From contig CAWFTI010000003.1 of the NCBI GenBank assembly GCA_963818745.1, positions 141,212 to 205,211 of the forward strand: DNA of 64,000 nt. The letters are read 5' to 3'. The notes beneath the pieces are model-generated. The model was given only the letters and a program-made list of their open reading frames with translations, made no database searches and was not told where the DNA came from. Origin of the DNA: Thermoplasmatota archaeon. Its GTDB lineage: Archaea; Thermoplasmatota; Thermoplasmata; UBA10834. Within the stretch, counting starts at the first letter, position 1. Each line of letters opens with the position of its first letter. Shown here one piece after another: positions 59,201-64,000 of this stretch. The position numbers were made by a program, and so were the translations under genes.

Positions 59201-60774
59201 CTGGTGATCCCGGCGTTGGCCGCCTCGAGGCTCATCTTCGCGAGCTTGAGGCCCTCCGGGAGGTCCTCCTCGGACATGGATGCCAGAGCTCTCTGGAGCA
59301 GTCCCTCGGCCTCCGCCACATCGGCTCCCACCTTCTTGCCGAGCTTGAACGACCTGTCCGCGAGGTCTATCGTGTCCATGGCCTTGTCGTGGTCGTTCTT
59401 CCTCGCGAGCTCGAGCCCTTCCTTCGCGCGGTCCGTTGCGTCCTGGTAGTTGTGGTCCTCGAAGAGCTTCTTGGTCTGCGCGAGGATGTCCCTGATGGGT
59501 GCGACGTCTCCTCCGAGGTCCGCGGTGAACTTGATCGCCTTCGCGAGCGCGCCCAGCTGGTCCCGAGCCTGATAGAAGATGCCCAGAGCGGCATCGACCT
59601 CCGCCTGGCTCTGTTCGGCATAGCTCATCGCGTCCTCGAACTTGCCCAGCTTGAGGTTGTCCCTTGCCGTGTTCAGGAGCATGATCGCCTTGGTCATGTC
59701 GACGCCGACCTTCCTGGCAAGGACGAACTTGTCCCTGGCCTTCGTGATGATCTCCAGCACGGACTGGAACTGGATACCCTGGGTCTTCTCCTTGGCGACG
59801 TTGAGCGCGCGGAGAGCCTCGATGTACTTCTTGTCTTTCATCGCGCTGATCGCCTGGTCTAGCATCTGCTGCGGGACCTCGGCGTCCTCGTTGACCGACT
59901 TGAGCTTCTTGATGCCCTCCCTCGTGTCCCGGACGAACTCCTGGAACTTCGAGGAGATGACGTTCTCTCCGTCGGCCTCCGCCCTCTTCGCATATGAGAG
60001 TGATTCCTTGAACCTCAGCGCCTCGAGGGACTTGTGAGCGCGCTCGATGTGGCTCGTGACCCTGGTCATGTCGGCGCCGAGCTCCTCGCCCGCTGCCTTG
60101 AGATCCTCCGCCCTCGCTATGGCCTGCTCTATCTGGCTTCTTACGTTCTCGCCAGCCCCCTCGATCGCTTCCTTCAGCTGGGCGATGCTCGATTCGAACT
60201 CCTGCTGCTCGAGGGCGGCCTTCGCCCTCGACATCTGGTCCTCGAAGACGCCGACATCGTCGCCCATCTCCTTCGCCTGGTTGATTATGTCCTGGGCCTG
60301 GGACAGTAGCTCCGAGAAGTGTTCGTGGAGGCCCCTCTCCGCGGCATCGTAGGAGTTCTTCGCATACTTCATCGCGCCTTCGAGGTCGTCCTTGACGACG
60401 AGACCCTTGCTCTTCTCGAGCATCTCGAGCGCGCCCTTGGTCTCCTTACCCTGGGGCTGCACGAGCGTCAGGATGGCGTCCACGGAGTCCGCGATGTCCC
60501 CGATCCTGCGTATGTACGCGGACTTGGCCGCTTCCTGCGCCTTCTTCGCTTGGCCGAGCGCAGTCTGGTAGTCCCTGCTCTCCATCGAGGCGTTGAACTC
60601 CGCGAGAACATGGTCTACCTCGGAGAGATCGACATCGTTCTCCCTGCAGACCTTGAGGAACCCCTGAAGTGATTCGTTCTCCTTCTCCGCGAGTTCCCTG
60701 TACTTACTGGCCTCCTTAGCCCGCTCTTCTAGTTGCTTAGCTAGCTGGAGGCTCCTGAGATAGCTACCGGCCAA
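56263..60774 (-). CDS. Giant (1503 aa) helical-repeat protein: ~20 tandem ~62-aa modules, an Ig-like (CARDB-like) domain and a C-terminal 8-ligand zinc module
   Basis: Intact ORF with a TTG start (uncertain). The module signature a-K-x-h-G-(V/I)-D-x5-7-L-L-x2-A-x7-10-(F/Y)-x-(E/D)-A recurs about every 62 aa. The beta-sandwich-like segment is VVTVRLKNVGKALAKDIQMEIGGDFEVVEV.... The C-terminus reads C-x2-C-x12-C-x-C-x4-H-x2-C-x6-C-x2-C. There is no signal peptide or TM segment. Confidence 0.7.
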   Translation of the reverse strand: MAGSYLRSLQLAKQLEERAKEASKYRELAEKENESLQGFLKVCRENDVDLSEVDHVLAEFNASMESRDYQTALGQAKKAQEAAKSAYIRRIGDIADSVDAILTLVQPQGKETKGALEMLEKSKGLVVKDDLEGAMKYAKNSYDAAERGLHEHFSELLSQAQDIINQAKEMGDDVGVFEDQMSRAKAALEQQEFESSIAQLKEAIEGAGENVRSQIEQAIARAEDLKAAGEELGADMTRVTSHIERAHKSLEALRFKESLSYAKRAEADGENVISSKFQEFVRDTREGIKKLKSVNEDAEVPQQMLDQAISAMKDKKYIEALRALNVAKEKTQGIQFQSVLEIITKARDKFVLARKVGVDMTKAIMLLNTARDNLKLGKFEDAMSYAEQSQAEVDAALGIFYQARDQLGALAKAIKFTADLGGDVAPIRDILAQTKKLFEDHNYQDATDRAKEGLELARKNDHDKAMDTIDLADRSFKLGKKVGADVAEAEGLLQRALASMSEEDLPEGLKLAKMSLEAANAGITRVLSDRITSLDTFVKGYSGEADLSEVATLIEQARVNVASLEFERVHETLKEVTKKIETSGMEESERLLASAAQKIDSMSAMGVDSSDLQILLTRARSALEQKVFEDASARAKDLISQADETMFKAVQAEFSAVKDPIEEAKAIGIDVDDTVLSLKEARAKSEEKDFAEAHRIITETKNSLQAEIARYDKVKSDIRRAEELITEAGRSKADTSALSRKLEAAKNTFASGDLEDADRMLAGLLEETERNLAMYLAAKFILSSKETIDLAQAHGIDASAAQEELARTKDLMKKKMYEEALAGAKQCDEQARRTVTDSINDMIKDLQRLLTDAKNVGVDTLGPEKLAEKASELARSGDLIEAIKCIESAKDDIDHVKNLSAQAAVEIRVARGNLKDAETLDMEVGRARELLEQAVDALTRHQYAIALELSRKSSEASSEITRSRTLDTLDKLKERIEKASSEGAPLGMAERYVAEGLQAFNEGRYKDSLKLAMKCEVEMERAELQREVGTRAVETARAKYEEALAQGTKNQLVADLVRKAESYLAEGKFVEALTASIESGDELHLMGENLDSARIEFSSVKEQVDRLKKVKIDTAECDEMLDMAQEYISSHEFGRCREALRRCSAKAVNLFENSIKDVVNQNMEMISRAKSMGINTKACEDLLEVASTSFSEKLWDFAYQQAEACRTVCLDMIGKKMNSLIGDVRGRLDTLARLGASVRPVEEMIEEAKQASEAGDSGVAFQIMMNADQKILAMEDAHKKYTDISIAAESAIEILRRFGISTRESERLLALADIEKEKDYDSAIEFVAEALDTAKTLIESYSPDITGTISTAGLQEGAEGVVTVRLKNVGKALAKDIQMEIGGDFEVVEVSAMDLLRPDSEEELTATIIPKRTGSIPIRANITAKRQSDGRLQTFEVEGTVTAFAPGPPFKLSRASEMTKCVSCQGRIKPGFDIVACRCGNRLHLACAKRVGQCPVCGQKYSF

Positions 60775-60924
60775 ACCGCACCAAGCCCCTCTTGCCAGTG
60801 ATTTCTAAGAGACCGACCCCGCTGGCAGGCTCGTCAGATGTTCTCATTTTTCTGGGCTCTCTTAAAGGTATCGTTGACTCTATCAACTCTGATAGGTGTG
60901 CCCACGGTTATAAACCCAGCTGGG

Positions 60925-62444
60925 TCAGGCCCCGCGGGCGATGCCCAGCTTGGCCAGCGCGCTCCGCGCCGAGGCGGTGGCCCGCCGCTCGAGCGACCCC
61001 ACTTCCGCTTTTATACCAGTTACATACGCGGGGTCCTTGTCGGTCTCCGCGTTGATCATGACGTTCATCAGGGCGCCCCTGAGGCCCGCCTCCGCCAGGA
61101 GCACCGCGACGCCCGCGTCGGAGTAGGCGTTCTTCGACCCTATCTGCGCCACCCGCTCGGCAGTCTCCAGGACCTCCATGCATCTCTTGGATGTCGTGTG
61201 GGGGATGTCGGTCGCATGCCTGAGCGCAAGGAGCACAAGCTTCTCGGACTCCTCGTCCTTCCTCTCCTTCCGCTTCCTCATCGCCTCGACGAGAAGGTCG
61301 TACGCGCGCGCGTCCTCATGGGCGAGCGCCGTCAGTTCGTCCCTGAGCCTCAGGAGGGATTCCCTGTGCCGGTCCAGCTCAGACCAGTTCGCCTCGTGCT
61401 TCTTGCTCTTCCTCGTGATGGCGCAGACCATCGCGAGCAGGGAGGCCGCCATGGCCCCCGCCGCGGCGGATGCCGTGCCCCCTCCGGGGGACGGCTGGTC
61501 CGACGACAGCTCGGCGCAGAAGCTCCTGAGCCCCTCCAGGTCGGTCAGGACCAGATCCTCCTTTCCAGAACCTGGGTGCTTGTGAACTGTCTGAGCTTGA
61601 GGAACCTGCCGGTCACCTCGCAGAGCGCATCGAGGGGTATCAGCCCTATTATCTCCCCCTCGGCGATCTCCACGCCCTTCGCGTCCGCCTCCGCCGTGAT
61701 GGCGTCCACGACCTTCGAGATGGGCGTGACGGTGTAGTCCGTCAGGTTCATCGACACCTGGACCATCCCACGCTCCTTGAGCTCGAACCCGAGCGCCTTG
61801 AGGTGCGGCATGCCTCCTCCGCTCGCCCGGATCTTCTTCGCGATGTCCTTCGCTATCCTCACGTCGGTGGACCTCAGGTTCACGTTGAACGCGATCAGCG
61901 GCATCCTGGCGCCGACCGCGGTCGCGCCGGCGGTCGGATGGATCCTTCTGGGACCGTAGTCGGGATACCTCGTGTCGTCGGTAAGTATGGCCTCCCTCAG
62001 GCCCTCGAACTGTCCCTTGCGTACGTTCTCCAGGTTCTTCCTCTCCGGGCGCTTGGCAGCGGACTCGTACATGTAGACCGGTATGTTCAGGTGCTTGGCG
62101 ATCCTCGAGCCGACGTTGTTCGCGATCTCGACGCAGTCGTCCATCGTCACGCCGGATATCGGGATGAACGGCAGGACGTCCAGTGCGCCCATCCTGGGGT
62201 GCTCTCCCTGGTGCTTGGTGAGGTCTATGAGCTCGGAGGCCGCCCGGGCCGCCCTGAACGCGCTCTCCTGGACGCCCTCCTTGCTCCCCACGAAGGTGAT
62301 CACTGACCTGTTGTGGTCGGCATCCATCTCGACGTCCAGGACCTTCGTGCCAGGAACGGACCTGATCGAGAAGACGATCCTGTCGACGACTTCCTTCCTC
62401 CGCCCCTCGCTGAAATTGGGAACGCACTCGATGACTTGTGCCAT
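60925..62444 (-). pseudogene. ftcD: Glutamate formiminotransferase / formiminotetrahydrofolate cyclodeaminase (bifunctional FtcD-like); domains in different frames as written
   Basis: The transferase domain (MAQVIECVPNFSEGRR...TSTQVLE) stops at 61545. The cyclodeaminase domain (DLVLTDLEGLRSFCAELSSDQPSPGGGTASAAAGAMAASL...) continues in another frame with no plausible start codon. The join lies at ~61556-61566. Confidence 0.8.
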
Positions 62445-62528
62445 GATGTGTGACCGGGGTAGGGAATCGGCGAAGGCTCTTATTAGTTTACCAGTGCACA
62501 GGGCCAGGCCGGACGGTCCGTTCCGGGC

Positions 62529-63071
62529 TCATTTCTTGAAGATGTCGACCGACGCGACCTTCTCCAGCACGAGCTCCGTGGCCAGACCGGGCCTCACGGT
62601 GAGAATCTCGTGCTTCGTCAGGCCGAACCTTGCCAGCCGCTCGGGGGCGGCGTCCGGTGATCTTGCGGGGAGCGGAGACCATGCGTCCTCGGGATCGAAT
62701 CCCCCGGGGGTTAGCTGGGCGATGACCAGCTCCTCGGTGTCTCCGCCGACGGCCATCTTCTTGATGGCGTTGCTCAGCTGCCTCTCGGCCGATGCGTAGA
62801 GCAGGGTCTCCATAGCGAGCGAGTCGGAGGCGTTCCTCCCCTCGAGCATGGACCTCCTGGCGCGGTACAGCGCGGCCCTTACATGGTCGGCCCCGAAAAC
62901 GAGGTCCGCGTCCATCACCAGCACCTCCACGCCCTTCCCGGCCGCTCTGGAAACCACGCCCTCGAGGACGGACTGGGCGGAGCCTCGGCTGACCGGGGCC
63001 TTCCAGACCCTCAGCCCATCAGTCTGTTCCTCGACGGTCCTCTCTGTCATGTTCCCACGGGCTATGCCCAC
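62529..63071 (-). CDS. cgi121: KEOPS complex subunit Cgi121
   Basis: VLVMDADLVFGADHVRAALYRARRSMLEGRNASDSLAMETLLYASAERQLSNAIKKMAV and the C-terminal ELVLEKVASVDIFKK match the archaeal Cgi121 pattern. The start is either GTG at 63071 or ATG at 63050. Confidence 0.65.
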   Translation of the reverse strand: MGIARGNMTERTVEEQTDGLRVWKAPVSRGSAQSVLEGVVSRAAGKGVEVLVMDADLVFGADHVRAALYRARRSMLEGRNASDSLAMETLLYASAERQLSNAIKKMAVGGDTEELVIAQLTPGGFDPEDAWSPLPARSPDAAPERLARFGLTKHEILTVRPGLATELVLEKVASVDIFKK

Positions 63072-63087
63072 TCTATTAGATTAAGTG

Positions 63088-64000
63088 TCACCGGAAGTCC
63101 TTGAGCGAGCTCTGTCCGTCCTCGGGCTCTGCCGGCATCACCGGGTCGGACTGCCCCAGCTGAGCCTTGATCTGCATCGCCACCGCCTCGCCCACGGTCG
63201 GTATCTGCTTCAGACGGTCGTAGCTGGTGTTCCTGAGGTCCTCCAATCCCCTGATGCCCCTGTCGTACAGCGCCCGTGCGCGCATCCTCCCGATGCCCCT
63301 CAGCTTCACGAGCTCGAGCAGCTCGGGCCTGATCCCGTACGTGACCCTCACGGAGAGCTCGGACGCGGGCCTCACGGCCTCCTCGTTGAACAGCCCCGAG
63401 AGCCTGGAAGTGGCGTGCATCAGCCACTTTGCCATCTCCATCTTGTTCCTTATGTCCCCCGGGCCTATCCCGAACCCCTCCGCGATCTCGTTCTCGGATT
63501 TCTCTGATATCCAATCCCTGACGAGCTTAGCGGTCTTGACCTCGCTGAGGTATATCTCGTACTTGGCGAGGTCGGAAGGCGCTTCGATCAGGAGCTCGTC
63601 CTTGACCGAATCGAGGTACTCCTCGATCCACTCGTAGTCCGACTGCCTGAGGTACAGGAGCCCCATGTTCGGCGTGGCGCAGACGGCATGGAGGAGGCCG
63701 AACTCGTGCCCGTCCTTGTACTTCTTCAGCGCGTCCCTGAGCACGACAGCCGACTTGGGGTCGATGTACAGGTCGCTCACGCGCTTCCCGAAGGATGTGG
63801 CCCTGAGCTCGTCCCCCTCGGTCACCATCCCCTCGGCCTGGAGGAACTCCACGACGTTCGAGAGGACATCGCCCAAGTAGGTGGCGTCCGTCTGGTGCGC
63901 GAGGAAGGTCTTCCCGAAGAACCCTTTGAGGGCGTCCAGGTCCGCGGCGTCCTTCGTGGCCACCAGCGCGAGCACATGGGACCTGACCGCGGGCTCCGTG
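63088..64000 (-). CDS. hel308: Hel308/Ski2-like DNA helicase, C-terminal part; 5' end outside window
   Basis: Winged-helix/ratchet region (FGKRVSDLYIDPKSAVVLRDAL...LLHAVCATPNM...) and the C-terminal HhH domain 5 (LVKLRGIGRMRARALYDRGIRGLEDL...IPTVGEAVAMQI). Confidence 0.85.
   Translation of the reverse strand, partial: TEPAVRSHVLALVATKDAADLDALKGFFGKTFLAHQTDATYLGDVLSNVVEFLQAEGMVTEGDELRATSFGKRVSDLYIDPKSAVVLRDALKKYKDGHEFGLLHAVCATPNMGLLYLRQSDYEWIEEYLDSVKDELLIEAPSDLAKYEIYLSEVKTAKLVRDWISEKSENEIAEGFGIGPGDIRNKMEMAKWLMHATSRLSGLFNEEAVRPASELSVRVTYGIRPELLELVKLRGIGRMRARALYDRGIRGLEDLRNTSYDRLKQIPTVGEAVAMQIKAQLGQSDPVMPAEPEDGQSSLKDFR

Noticed and set aside
1-64000. CRISPR arrays, cas genes, transposases, integrases, rRNA
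   Set aside because: I found no regularly spaced direct repeats and no translations resembling Cas proteins (other than the Csa3-like regulators), transposases or integrases. I found no rRNA-like stretch.

Overview
GC-rich, gene-dense archaeal chromosomal segment. Archaeal hallmarks: two intron-containing tRNAs with TATA boxes upstream, pantoate kinase, GINS, HerA-like ATPase, Hel308, Cgi121, GPN-loop GTPase, an RbkR-type CTP-dependent riboflavin kinase, an HMG-CoA synthase/thiolase/DUF35 operon, and a PEF-CTERM-like sorting signal. A Thermoplasmata-like euryarchaeon is my guess only. Most of the window is housekeeping or amino-acid catabolism: purS/L/Q, trmI, proS, prs, coaBC and pantoate kinase, tmk, gcvPA/PB, tdh-kbl, hutH, ftcD, tldD/pmbA, and the mevalonate entry operon. 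There are also two ferredoxin-led operons (aldehyde:ferredoxin oxidoreductase and a class-III aminotransferase). I found no CRISPR array, transposase, integrase or rRNA. Four things deserve a second look. (1) Two giant cytoplasmic helical-repeat proteins, a ~1470-aa TPR protein and a 1503-aa protein of ~20 tandem ~62-aa modules, end in what look like homologous 8-ligand RING/B-box-like zinc modules. (2) Two tandem Csa3-like CARF+wHTH regulators have no cas or CRISPR neighbours, and a 10-bp inverted repeat sits in their upstream spacer. (3) A small low-GC islet with three consecutive palindromes and two small acidic ORFs abuts the 3' end of an intron-containing tRNA-Gly. (4) Reading-frame breaks are very unevenly distributed. 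I count roughly 40 in the window and about 23 inside one 3.1-kb binding-protein/histidine-kinase operon. Where I followed them by hand they are indels without nonsense codons, and many (not all) sit in short G/C homopolymers. That points to assembly or consensus error more than to true pseudogenes, but it must be checked. All functional calls come from my own reading of the supplied translations; no database search was run.
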